NCBI GenBank assembly: GCA_963835385.1
Contig: CAWIFK010000002.1
Span: 255,572-319,571 of the forward strand
DNA length: 64,000 nucleotides
Reading direction: 5' to 3'
DNA from: an uncultured Actinomycetota bacterium
GTDB lineage: Bacteria > Actinomycetota > Actinomycetes > Propionibacteriales > Nocardioidaceae
Positions 37,176-46,096 of the stretch are shown in pieces. Position 1 is the first letter of the stretch, and each line of letters starts with the position of its first letter. The notes below the pieces were generated by a model. It did no database searches, was not told the DNA's origin, and saw only the letters and a list, made by a program, of their open reading frames with translations. Position numbers and translations under genes: made by a program.

Positions 37176-40166
37176 TCACTCGTAGCGCAGCGCGGCGGCC
37201 GGGTAGGTGCGCGACGCCCGCCGGCTCGGCAGCCAGGTGGTGAGGACCGACGACAGCACCACGACCGCGAGGATGAGCAGCAGCGCCGTCCACGGCGGGC
37301 GCAGCGACAGGCTCTCGTAGCCCGGCTGGTCTCCCGAGTCCACGATCACGTTGTAGGCGACGATGAGCCCGAGGGCGGAGCCCAGCACCACGCCGATCAC
37401 GGTGACGAACAGCGCCTCGACCAGGAAGCTGGCCTGCACCATCCGGGCCTGGAACCCGATGGCTCGCAGCACGCCGATCTGCTGACGTCGCTCCACGACG
37501 GCTCGTGCGGTGATGACGCCCAGCGCCGCGACGCCGATCACCAGCCCGAGTCCGAGGAAGCCGAGCACGAGGTACTGGAAGGTGAGCGACGCCCCGACGG
37601 CCTCGTCGAGCACCTCGCTCTGCGCAGCGGCCTGCATGCCGTTGTCGAGGAACGCGGACTCGAGGTCCCGGGCGGCGGCGACCGGGTCGACGCCCGGGCC
37701 GGTCTGGAAGTACCACACCGTGGGGGTCGCGGCCGCGCCGAGCGGGGCCAGGGTCCGCTGCGAGGTGGACAGACCGATCATCGCGAGGGGGACGGTGTCC
37801 GAGAGGACCCCGATCACCTTCATCCGCACGACCCGACCCGACTGGGTGTCGCGCACCTCGACGGGAACCGGCGCGAACCCCTGGTCCTCGAAGTAGAGCC
37901 CGTGCAGCTTGAAGTCCGACACCTGCGTGCTGCCCCAGTTGGCCTTGCGCGGCACGGAGTAGGCGTCCACGACCGCCAGGCCCGGGTGCGCGGCCAGGGC
38001 GTCCCACACCTCGCGGTCGGTGTCGTAGCCCCGGGCGCGGGTGGCGAAGCGGTACGTCGTCGTCCGCGTGAACGACCGGTCGAGCCCGCGGACGACGTAG
38101 CCGGTGTAGGCGGCGGCGCCGGCCTGTCGCGCCTCGACGGGCACGTAGGACTGTCCGGCGGCGGAGACGAACTCGCCGGGCGGGATGCCGTTCGCGTCGG
38201 CCAGGGCGGCATCCATGTCGGTGACCGGGCTCAGGGGGGAGGTCTGCGCGGTGACCTGGTAGCCGCCGCCGAAGAGCTCCTCGTCGTTCATGGTGGCGAG
38301 GAAGGAGGCAGAGGTGGAGGCGCCCGTGACCAGCGTGAACACCACCAGCGTGAACAGGCCGATGGTGGCGCCGGTGCGGAACCGGTTGCGCATCGGCTGG
38401 GCGATCGCGGTGCCGACCACCGGCGCGGCCCTGCGGGAGCGGCCGAAGACCCACATCAGGCCGTCGAGCACGACCGCCAGGTTGAACACGACCACGGCGG
38501 TGGCCCCGGCGACCAGCATCAGACCGACCACGACCCAGACCGAGAAGTTCATGCCCAGGCCGGGCACGATCTCCCCGTAGACCTTGAAGGGCAGCAGGTT
38601 CCACACCAGGACCCCCGTGCCCGCGACCGTCCAGGCCAGCCGGCTGCCGCCGCCGAGGAGGCGGACCAGCGGGACGACGGCCAGGATCGCGAGCGTGCCG
38701 CCGACCAGGAGGGCGGTGGCGTTCTTCGACGAGAAGGCCGCCGCCACGAGCAGGGCGGCTCCGGCCAGGCAGCCTGCGGCGACCGCTCCGTGCGAGCGGC
38801 GGCGGTGGTGCCGGGGCGGCTGCGGCAGGTTCCGCACCGCCGAGACGATGTTGAGGCCGCTGACCCGCCAGGCGGCGACCACGACCACGGCCAGGGTGAG
38901 CAGCACGCCCAGCGAGAACGCCACGATCAGCGACGTCCACGTGAACGAGTAGCGGATGGTCACGCCGGACTCGCTCATCGCGCCCGCCACGACCCACGCC
39001 ATCCCGAAGGCCAGGCCGAGGCCCAGCGCGGCCCCCACGACGGCCGCCAGCACGTCGTACGCCGCTCCCTCGAAGACGAACATCTGCACGAGGTGCCGGC
39101 GCTGGGTGCCGATCGCGCGGGCGGTGCCCATCTCGCCGCGGCGTTCGGCGGCGAGCATGACGAAGACCAGGAAGATCAGCAGGATGCCGGCGGAGATCGT
39201 GAAGGTGCCGAAGGTGGAGAACAGGGAGAGGAACGTGGCGCCCTGCTCGTCGGCCTGCTGCAGGCCGTCCCGCTTGACCGGCTGGGCCTCGAGGCCGAGG
39301 GCGTCGGTGGTCGGCCGCAGCGACGCGATGGCCGCGGAGGTGCGCGAGGCGCCGCTGGTCGCGTCGCCGACGTTGGAGACGCGCACCTGCTGAACGTCGC
39401 TGCCGACGCCGAGCAGCCGCTGGGCCGCCGGCAGGCCGACGAGCAGCGCGCCCGCGTCGGTCCCCGTCCCGTCGTAGTCGACGACGTCGGCGACCCGCAC
39501 CGCGTGCGGACGCCCGCCCGTGAAGACCGTCAGCCGGTCGCCGGGGCCGGCGGAGAGGTCGTCGGCGGCCGCCGTGTCGAGGTACACCTCACCGGGTCCG
39601 AGCGCGTCGAGCGCGACGGGGTCGCCGGAGCGGTCGCGGATCGTCCCGAACCCGGTCATCGCGCCGGGATCGGTGGCGAACAGCGTCAGCTGCGGCTCGG
39701 TGGACCGGCTGGTGAGGTTCTGGACCGCGACCGGCTCGCTGATCGCGGGACCGGCGCCGTCCACGTCGGCCGAGCCCCTGGCCGCCGCGACCACCTGATC
39801 GGCCTCGGCGGAGGTGAGGTAGCGGGCGCCGGTGCTCTGGCCCAGCGTCCCGATGTCCGGGGCGTCGACCGACCGGCTCGAGACCACCTCGTCGGTCTGC
39901 CCCAGCGAGTCGATCACGGAGGTGCGCACCGTGCTCGCCATGATGTCGCCGAAGGCCAGGGCCGATCCGATGATCATCGTGCCGAGCATCAGGCCGCTGA
40001 CGATGATCGCGGTGCGGGACCGGCGCCGGGACACGTTGCGCACGCCGAGCTTGAACAGCACCCGGCTGCGCAGCGCCATCAGGGCGACGACCGCCAGGGC
40101 CAGCACCACCAGGGCGCCCAGCACTACCGCGAGCGACGTGACAGGGAGACCGAACAGCTCGCGCAT
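37176..40166 (-). CDS. FtsX-like ABC transporter permease (two MacB/FtsX modules, 996 aa)
   Basis: 'ERRGEMGTARAIG' and 'ERRQQIGVLRAIG' FtsX motifs; two large periplasmic segments. Confidence 0.9.
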   Translation of the reverse strand: MRELFGLPVTSLAVVLGALVVLALAVVALMALRSRVLFKLGVRNVSRRRSRTAIIVSGLMLGTMIIGSALAFGDIMASTVRTSVIDSLGQTDEVVSSRSVDAPDIGTLGQSTGARYLTSAEADQVVAAARGSADVDGAGPAISEPVAVQNLTSRSTEPQLTLFATDPGAMTGFGTIRDRSGDPVALDALGPGEVYLDTAAADDLSAGPGDRLTVFTGGRPHAVRVADVVDYDGTGTDAGALLVGLPAAQRLLGVGSDVQQVRVSNVGDATSGASRTSAAIASLRPTTDALGLEAQPVKRDGLQQADEQGATFLSLFSTFGTFTISAGILLIFLVFVMLAAERRGEMGTARAIGTQRRHLVQMFVFEGAAYDVLAAVVGAALGLGLAFGMAWVVAGAMSESGVTIRYSFTWTSLIVAFSLGVLLTLAVVVVAAWRVSGLNIVSAVRNLPQPPRHHRRRSHGAVAAGCLAGAALLVAAAFSSKNATALLVGGTLAILAVVPLVRLLGGGSRLAWTVAGTGVLVWNLLPFKVYGEIVPGLGMNFSVWVVVGLMLVAGATAVVVFNLAVVLDGLMWVFGRSRRAAPVVGTAIAQPMRNRFRTGATIGLFTLVVFTLVTGASTSASFLATMNDEELFGGGYQVTAQTSPLSPVTDMDAALADANGIPPGEFVSAAGQSYVPVEARQAGAAAYTGYVVRGLDRSFTRTTTYRFATRARGYDTDREVWDALAAHPGLAVVDAYSVPRKANWGSTQVSDFKLHGLYFEDQGFAPVPVEVRDTQSGRVVRMKVIGVLSDTVPLAMIGLSTSQRTLAPLGAAATPTVWYFQTGPGVDPVAAARDLESAFLDNGMQAAAQSEVLDEAVGASLTFQYLVLGFLGLGLVIGVAALGVITARAVVERRQQIGVLRAIGFQARMVQASFLVEALFVTVIGVVLGSALGLIVAYNVIVDSGDQPGYESLSLRPPWTALLLILAVVVLSSVLTTWLPSRRASRTYPAAALRYE

Positions 40167-40179
40167 CGCGGGCCCCTCC

Positions 40180-40497
40180 TCAGCTGGGTGCCACCGCCGG
40201 CAGCTCGGCGAACGCGACCTCGTAGCGCTCGCGGCCCGGTGCGGACTTGAAGATGGTCATGTACTGCTCGAGGAGCTCGGAGTAGAACCCGGTGGGTGCA
40301 CCGGCCTCGGCGTGCTCGGCGGTGTCCCAGAACGTGACCACGGCTCCGAGGCCCTCGGGGGTGGACATCACCAGCACTCCGCGGTAGCCGGGCTGCTCCT
40401 GCACGGACGGCAGGATGTCCGCGCGGTACATCTGGACCGCCGAGTCCGTGCTGATCCGCACGGTGTCCACCTCAAGCAACGTCAGGCGTGCGAACAC
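40180..40497 (-). CDS. Small ABM-like (dimeric alpha/beta barrel) protein
   Basis: 'MFARL...[13 protein letters not shown]....S....G..VTFWDT.EHA.A'. GGAGG RBS within the end of the ATPase gene. Confidence 0.75.
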   Translation of the reverse strand: MFARLTLLEVDTVRISTDSAVQMYRADILPSVQEQPGYRGVLVMSTPEGLGAVVTFWDTAEHAEAGAPTGFYSELLEQYMTIFKSAPGRERYEVAFAELPAVAPS

Positions 40498-41245
40498 GGT
40501 CGGCCTCCATCCGCTCCTCGTCGACGACCCGGCCGTCGAGCATCCTGATGATCCGGTCGGCCCGGCGGCCCACCGCGATGTCGTGGGTGACGATGAGGAA
40601 GCTCAGGTGCCGCTCGAGGTTGAGCCGCCGCATCAGCGAGGTGATCTCCTCCGCCGACTCGCTGTCGAGGTCCCCGGTGGGCTCGTCGGCCCAGACGATG
40701 GCGGGGGAGTTCACGAGCGCCCGGGCGATGGTGACCCGTTGCCGCTCGCCGCCGGAGAGCTCGTCGGGGACGTGCTTGGCCCGGTCGGCGAGGTTGACCA
40801 GGTCCAGCGCGTCGAGTGCGCGGACGCGGGCCGCCTTGGGCGACACGCCGGCCAGCAGCAGCGCGAGCTCGACGTTCTCCACCGCGGAGAGCACCGGCAT
40901 CAGGTTGTAGAACTGGAAGACGAAGCCCATCCGCTCCGCGCGGTACCTGGTGCGCTCCCGGTCCGAGAGGTCGGCCAGGCTCACGCCCTCGATGTGCACG
41001 GCGCCGCCGTCGATCTCGTCGAGTCCGGACAGGCAGTTGAGCAGCGTGGTCTTGCCACAGCCGCTCGGACCCATGACCGCGACCATCTCGCCGCGCCGCA
41101 GGCGCAGGTCGATGCCGTTGAGGGCGTTGACCTGCACGCGGCCGGTGTCGTAGGTCTTCTGCACGCCCACCGCCTGCACGATGGTGCCGTCCTCGACGAC
41201 GGTCAGTGACGCAGACCGGGCGGATCGGCTTCCGAACAGCTTCAT
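40472..41245 (-). CDS. ABC transporter ATP-binding protein (LolD/MacB type)
   Basis: 'GPSGCGKTT', 'GFVFQFYNL', 'LSGGERQRV', '[11 protein letters not shown]'. Start uncertain. Confidence 0.93.
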   Translation of the reverse strand: MKLFGSRSARSASLTVVEDGTIVQAVGVQKTYDTGRVQVNALNGIDLRLRRGEMVAVMGPSGCGKTTLLNCLSGLDEIDGGAVHIEGVSLADLSDRERTRYRAERMGFVFQFYNLMPVLSAVENVELALLLAGVSPKAARVRALDALDLVNLADRAKHVPDELSGGERQRVTIARALVNSPAIVWADEPTGDLDSESAEEITSLMRRLNLERHLSFLIVTHDIAVGRRADRIIRMLDGRVVDEERMEADRVRTPDVA

Positions 41246-41311
41246 CGATGGTCCCCCTCGAGCGGGCTCGGGCTGTGCTTCCAGCCTGGGAACGTGCCGC
41301 GCCGCCGGTCA

Positions 41312-41325
41312 GGGGCCAAGGTCAC
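41312..41325. promoter_or_regulatory. DosR/DevR-like box upstream of the FtsX ABC operon
   Basis: GGGGC-CAAG-GTCAC (minus strand GTGACCTTGGCCCC). Confidence 0.35.
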
Positions 41326-41410
41326 GCTCGCGCGGGGGGTGAAGGGCGGCCGGCGCGACGCCCCGGTCCGGTCGTCCCGTCCCGTCCCGGACCAACCTCG
41401 TGAACAGCGC

Positions 41411-42166
41411 TCACTCCACCGGCAGCAGCTCGGGCCGCTTGCAGAGACCTCCACCGTCGAAGTCGTCACCGCGCACGCGTCCCCACACCCAGGGAGCGAG
41501 GTGCGTGCCGACCCACCACGCCTCGCGGCCGACGATGCGCAGCAGCCCGCCCGGGACCGTCTCCTCCGGCTCGGCACGCCAGTCCTCGGCCTCCAGGCCG
41601 ACGGCCTCGGCGAGGGCGGCCGCGATGCGCCGGTGGCCCTCGGTGTTGGCGTGCAGCCGGTCGTCGTGCCACAGCGCTGGGTGGCTGGCCATCGGCTCCG
41701 CCGCGAGGTCGACCACCACGACGCCGTACGAGGACCCGGCCTCGCGCACGACCCGGTTGAGCAGCTCGATCCGGGGCCGCAGCGCGAACGCCAGGGGGGC
41801 GACGCGGGCCATGTCCGGCATCGTGAACGTGAGCACCTCGGCGCCCTGCTCGCGGAGCGCGCGGTACATCGTCAGCAGGCTCTCCCTCAGCCCGGTGCGG
41901 TCGAGCCGGGGGCGCAGCAGGTCGTTGACCCCGGCGACGAGCAGCGCGATGTCCGGTCGCAGGGCGAGTGCGCGGTCGAGCTGGGTCGCGCACACCTCCT
42001 GGGAGGTCTGACCCCGCACCGCCAGGTTGGCGTAGACCAGCCCGGGCCGTTCAGCGGCCAGCCGGTGCGCGAAGCGGTCCGCCCAGCCGACGTACCCGCC
42101 GTCCCGGCCGGGGTCCTCCAGCCCCTCGACGGTGCTGTCACCGAGCGCCACGAGTCGTTGCGTCAT
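41411..42166 (-). CDS. SGNH/GDSL hydrolase family protein
   Basis: Block I 'ALGDSTVEG', 'ANLAVRG', 'AGVNDLL', 'DDRLHANTEGH'. Leaderless -10 CAGAAT. Confidence 0.93.
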   Translation of the reverse strand: MTQRLVALGDSTVEGLEDPGRDGGYVGWADRFAHRLAAERPGLVYANLAVRGQTSQEVCATQLDRALALRPDIALLVAGVNDLLRPRLDRTGLRESLLTMYRALREQGAEVLTFTMPDMARVAPLAFALRPRIELLNRVVREAGSSYGVVVVDLAAEPMASHPALWHDDRLHANTEGHRRIAAALAEAVGLEAEDWRAEPEETVPGGLLRIVGREAWWVGTHLAPWVWGRVRGDDFDGGGLCKRPELLPVE

Positions 42167-42268
42167 GCAGCGATTCTGGCGGTCCCGGCCGCGCCGCTCT
42201 CGGGCGGGTCGCGCCCGCGGGCCCTCAGCCTGGCAGGGGGCAGGGCCGGCTCCACCGACCGTCCGGTG

Positions 42269-42811
42269 TCAGTCGCAGAAGTCGCAGATGCCCGACGCGG
42301 GGACCGCGACGTAGCACCTCGGGCAAAGCCGGACCTCGGGGGCCGGCTTCGCGACACGCGCCGGCGTCTTCCGGCGCGTCGTCGCGGCGCGCTTCGCCGG
42401 GGCCTGCGGCGCGTGAGCAGCAGCCCCCGCAGCGTTCGCGCCGTGCCCGGGTCCTGCCGCCGGTGCGGGTGCCGGCTCGGCCCTGGTGCGAGCCGCGGGC
42501 CGGGCGGTGCGCTCGGCAGCCGCTGCCGCCTGCTCGTCGACGACCACGTCGAAGCCCAGGCCGCTCAGCACGCGTACGGCGCCGTTCTCGTCGCCGCGGT
42601 ACTCCTCCCGCGCCGGAGGCACGCCGGTCGCGGTGAGGTAGGCGACCCCGAGGATCGCCTTGGGGTCGTACTCCTCGCCGCGGAACCACAGCTGTGAGAC
42701 CCGCGCGCGGCCGAAGCCGTAGCGACTCAGGAACTCTCGCGACCCGAGGCGGTTGCACTCCTCGATCGCCGCCAGCACGTGCGACCGGTCGACGCGGCTC
42801 CAGTCAGGCAT
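42269..42811 (-). CDS. Protein with ScoMcrA-like N-terminal head domain, Ala/Pro/Lys/Arg linker and C-terminal zinc ribbon
   Basis: 'HVLAAIEECNRLGSREFLSRYGFGRAR..L..RGEEYDPKAILGVAY...LSGLGFDV'; 'CPRCYVAVPASGICDFCD'. Leaderless -10 TAGGTT. Confidence 0.7.
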   Translation of the reverse strand: MPDWSRVDRSHVLAAIEECNRLGSREFLSRYGFGRARVSQLWFRGEEYDPKAILGVAYLTATGVPPAREEYRGDENGAVRVLSGLGFDVVVDEQAAAAAERTARPAARTRAEPAPAPAAGPGHGANAAGAAAHAPQAPAKRAATTRRKTPARVAKPAPEVRLCPRCYVAVPASGICDFCD

Positions 42812-43000
42812 GAGGCCCAACCTATGCCACCACCCGAGCGGCGGCCCACCCCCGGTTTGCCGGTACCGCGCCGGGTCTGGACCGGGCGCCGCCGCGACCG
42901 TGACGGCGACGTCGCGGGGAGAAGGGGGACGACAGGAGGCTCCCGTGGACGCCCGGCCGGAAGCTCTGCCAGGACGCCGTCGGCGTGCCAGCATGGGGGC

Positions 43001-44245
43001 ATGAGCGAGCTGCGCCCGAAGGCCTTGTCGACCGCGCTCGGTTCCGCCGAGCAGGTGGAGCTGACCGAGCAGTGGGCGGCGAACAACTACAGCCCGTTGC
43101 CGGTGGTGATCGGATCGGCGGCGGGATGCTGGGTCACCGACGTCGAGGGCAACCGCTACCTCGACTGCCTGGCCGGCTACTCCGCGCTCAGCTTCGGCCA
43201 CGGCCACCCCCGGCTGCTGGCGGTGGCGCACCGGCAGCTCGACCGGCTCACGCTGACCAGCCGTGCCTTCCACAACGACCAGCTCGGACTCTTCGCCCGG
43301 GACCTCGCCGCGCTCACCGGCAAGGACATGGTGCTGCCGATGAACACCGGCGCGGAGGCGGTCGAGACCGCGATCAAGGCGAGCCGGCGCTGGGGCTACC
43401 AGGTGAAGGGAGTCGCGCCGGACCGGGCGACGGTCGTGGTCATGGACGGCAACTTCCACGGGCGCACCACGACCATCGTCGGCTTCTCCACCGACGACGC
43501 CGCGCGCAGCGGCTACGGACCCTTCACGCCCGGCTTCCGGGTGGTGCCGTACGGCGATGCCGCCGCGCTCGCCGACGCGGTCGACGAGACGACGGTGGCC
43601 GTGCTGCTCGAGCCGATCCAGGGCGAGGCCGGCGTGCTCATCCCGCCCGACGGCTTCCTGCGGGACGCGCGGGCGCTGTGCGACGACCGGCGCGTGCTGC
43701 TGGTCGCCGACGAGATCCAGTCGGGTCTGGCCCGCACCGGCCGCACGTTCGCCTGCGACCACGAGGACGTCGTCCCGGACATCTACGTCCTCGGCAAGGC
43801 TCTGGGCGGCGGCCTGTACCCGGTCTCCGCGATCGCCGCCGACCGTGAGGTGATGCAGGTGTTCACCCCCGGGTCGCACGGCTCGACGTTCGGGGGCAAC
43901 CCGCTGGCCGCGGCGATCGGCCGCGAGGTGGTCTCGATGCTGAGCACCGGCGAGCTCCAGGAGCGGTCCGCCGGGCTGGGCGCCGTGATGGAGGAGGGAC
44001 TGTTGGAGCTGCTGGGCGACAGCCTGGTGCAGGTCCGCTGCCGTGGGCTCTGGGCCGGCGTCGACATCGCCCCCGCGCTGATGTCCGGGCGCCAGATGTG
44101 CGAGGCGCTGCTGGACCGGGGGGTGCTGGCGAAGGAGACGCACGGGTCGACGATCCGGCTGGCGCCGCCGCTGGTCGCGACCGAGGACGACATCGCGTTC
44201 CTCCTCGACGGCTTGCGGGAAGTGCTCACCTCGCTGGCCGCCTAG
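43001..44245 (+). CDS. rocD: Ornithine--oxo-acid transaminase
   Basis: 'ANNYSPLPVVI', 'YLDCLAGYSALSFGH', 'LEPIQGEAGV', 'DEIQSGLARTG', PLP lysine 'LGKALGGG', 'HGSTFGGNPLA'. Leaderless -10 CAGCAT. Confidence 0.93.
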   Translation: MSELRPKALSTALGSAEQVELTEQWAANNYSPLPVVIGSAAGCWVTDVEGNRYLDCLAGYSALSFGHGHPRLLAVAHRQLDRLTLTSRAFHNDQLGLFARDLAALTGKDMVLPMNTGAEAVETAIKASRRWGYQVKGVAPDRATVVVMDGNFHGRTTTIVGFSTDDAARSGYGPFTPGFRVVPYGDAAALADAVDETTVAVLLEPIQGEAGVLIPPDGFLRDARALCDDRRVLLVADEIQSGLARTGRTFACDHEDVVPDIYVLGKALGGGLYPVSAIAADREVMQVFTPGSHGSTFGGNPLAAAIGREVVSMLSTGELQERSAGLGAVMEEGLLELLGDSLVQVRCRGLWAGVDIAPALMSGRQMCEALLDRGVLAKETHGSTIRLAPPLVATEDDIAFLLDGLREVLTSLAA

Positions 44246-44296
44246 CCACTCAGCCGCCTAGCCACTCAGCCGCCGAGCCGCCGAGCCGCCGAGCCG
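44237..44296 (+). repeat. GCCGCCTAGCCACTCA x2 followed by GCCGCCGA x3
   Basis: Read directly. The first unit contains the rocD stop codon. Confidence 0.9.
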
Positions 44297-44358
44297 GCCG
44301 GTGCGGGTCGTGCGCGGAATCCGGGGCGCGCACGCCGGGTTGGTGCAGGATCGGCGGC

Positions 44359-45999
44359 ATGCCTGTCCTGCTGCCGCCCCGGCCCACCTTCGTCACGGCC
44401 AGCGAACGTGCCGTGTGGGAGCGGCTTTCGGCACAGCTGGGGGACGACGACGTCCTGATCAGCGGACAGCGGATCTCCAGCCGGGACAAGGACCACGAGA
44501 TCGACGTGGCGGTCGCCTTCGCCGGCGGCGGGGTCGTGGTGGTCGAGGTCAAGGGCAGCAAGGTGTGGTGCGACGCCGGCGGCTGGTGGATCGACCGGCG
44601 CGGGCAGACGACCCGGATCGACCCGGTGACGCAGGCCCGGGAGGCGCAGTACGCCCTGCGGGCCTGGCTCGACCAGGACCCGCGCTGGCGCGGTCGGCGC
44701 GACCTGCGCTGGGGGCACGCGGTAGTGCTTCCCTACACCCGGGTCGACGACGACTTCGCGCTGCCCGACGCCCAGCGCTGGCAGGTGGCCGGCCGCGACG
44801 ACCTCGACGACCTGGCCGGGTTCCTGCGCCGGGTGGTCACCGACCAGACGAACGGCAAGCGGCTGCTGAGCCTCGACGACGTGTGGGCGCTCGCCGACGT
44901 GCTCGGCGGTCGAGGGCTGCCGCAGCGCGACCTGATCGGCGCGGGCGCCGAGCGGGAGGACGAGGTCGAGCGGCTGAGCGCCGAGCAGGCGGTCATCCTC
45001 GACGCCGCGCGGCAGCTGCACCGTGTCGAGGTGCGCGGCGGCGCCGGCAGCGGCAAGACCTGGCTGGCGGTCGAGCAGGCTCGCCGGCTGAGCCGGGAGG
45101 GTCGCCGGGTCGCGCTGACCTGCTACTCCCGCGGCCTGGCCGCGTGGCTGCAGAGACGGGTGGCGAGCTTCCCGCGCAAGGAGCAGCCGGCGTACGTCGG
45201 CACCTTCCACAACCTCGGCGTCGAGTGGGGGGCGCCCACCGGCCGGGAGGACGACCCGCGGTTCTGGGAGGTCGAGCTGCCCGAGCTGATGGTCGACCTC
45301 GGGGCGGGGCAGCCGGCCGGCAGACGCTACGACGACGTGGTGGTCGACGAGGCCCAGGACTTCGCCGACCTGTGGTGGCCTGCGGCGCTCGCCGCCCTCA
45401 AGGACGACGAGTCCGGAGGCCTGTACGTGTTCTCCGACGAGGGGCAGCGGGTGTTCTCGCGGTTCGGGGGCCCGCCGGCCGGCCTCGTGCCGCTGGTGCT
45501 CGACCAGAACCTGCGCAACACCAGGCAGATCGCCTCGAGCTTCTCCACGCTGGCCCCGATCCGGATGCGGCTCGGTGCGGCGGACGGCCCGGAGATCCGC
45601 TTCGTCGAGTGCACCGCGGCCGAGGCCCTCGACCACGCCGAGGACCAGGTGGACCCGCTGCTCGAGGACGGGTGGCGACCCGAGGACGTCGCGCTGCTGA
45701 CCACGGGCAGCCGCTCTCCGGAGCAGAAGTCCCGCCAGGAGGCGGGACCCGACGCCTACTGGGACACCTTCTGGGACGCGGAGCAGGTGTTCTACGGCCA
45801 CGTGCTGGGGTTCAAGGGGCTCGAGCGCCCGGCCGTCGTGCTCGCCCTCAACGAGGACCAGCCGGGCGAGCGGTCGCGTGAGCGGCTCTACGTCGGCCTG
45901 TCGCGCGCCCGCGACCAGCTCGTCGTGGTCGGCGACCCGGCGTTCGTCGAGCAGGTCGGTGGTGCCGCGGTGCTCAGGCACCTGCGCCGAGGTGCCTAG
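44359..45999 (+). CDS. NERD nuclease domain plus superfamily 1 helicase (UvrD-like C-terminal)
   Basis: NERD 'HEIDVAV....GVVVVEVKG...DPVTQA'; helicase 'GGAGSGKT', 'VVDEAQD', 'QNLRNTRQI', 'FKGLER', 'LYVGLSRA'. Leaderless -10 CAGGAT. Confidence 0.9.
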   Translation: MPVLLPPRPTFVTASERAVWERLSAQLGDDDVLISGQRISSRDKDHEIDVAVAFAGGGVVVVEVKGSKVWCDAGGWWIDRRGQTTRIDPVTQAREAQYALRAWLDQDPRWRGRRDLRWGHAVVLPYTRVDDDFALPDAQRWQVAGRDDLDDLAGFLRRVVTDQTNGKRLLSLDDVWALADVLGGRGLPQRDLIGAGAEREDEVERLSAEQAVILDAARQLHRVEVRGGAGSGKTWLAVEQARRLSREGRRVALTCYSRGLAAWLQRRVASFPRKEQPAYVGTFHNLGVEWGAPTGREDDPRFWEVELPELMVDLGAGQPAGRRYDDVVVDEAQDFADLWWPAALAALKDDESGGLYVFSDEGQRVFSRFGGPPAGLVPLVLDQNLRNTRQIASSFSTLAPIRMRLGAADGPEIRFVECTAAEALDHAEDQVDPLLEDGWRPEDVALLTTGSRSPEQKSRQEAGPDAYWDTFWDAEQVFYGHVLGFKGLERPAVVLALNEDQPGERSRERLYVGLSRARDQLVVVGDPAFVEQVGGAAVLRHLRRGA

Positions 46000-46042
46000 C
46001 GCGGTCGGCACCGGCCGCCCCGCGGCCTCGGTCGGGGCCACA

Positions 46043-46064
46043 TGTCGGCGGTCGGCCCTACCCT
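46043..46064 (+). promoter_or_regulatory. Perfect RecA-NDp/PafBC-type promoter
   Basis: TGTCGG-cggtcggccc-TAcccT equals TGTCGG-N10-TA-N3-T with no mismatch. Confidence 0.75.
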
Positions 46065-46076
46065 CGAAGGGTAGGG
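46056..46076. promoter_or_regulatory. Inverted repeat CCCTACCCT-cga-AGGGTAGGG overlapping the -10 element
   Basis: 9-bp perfect arms with 3-nt spacer; operator or hairpin. Confidence 0.5.
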
Positions 46077-46096
46077 GTCGAGCGACGGGGGCACAG

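Noticed and set aside
41399-41413. Rex operator (GTGAACAGCGCTCAC)
   Set aside because: Wrong spacing and mismatches versus TTGTGAA-N4-TTCACAA; no Rex box before pfl, pta or adh.
42812-44143. N-terminal extension of the 42269..44143 ORF
   Set aside because: It is antisense to rocD. The true start is ATG 42811, with a leaderless -10.
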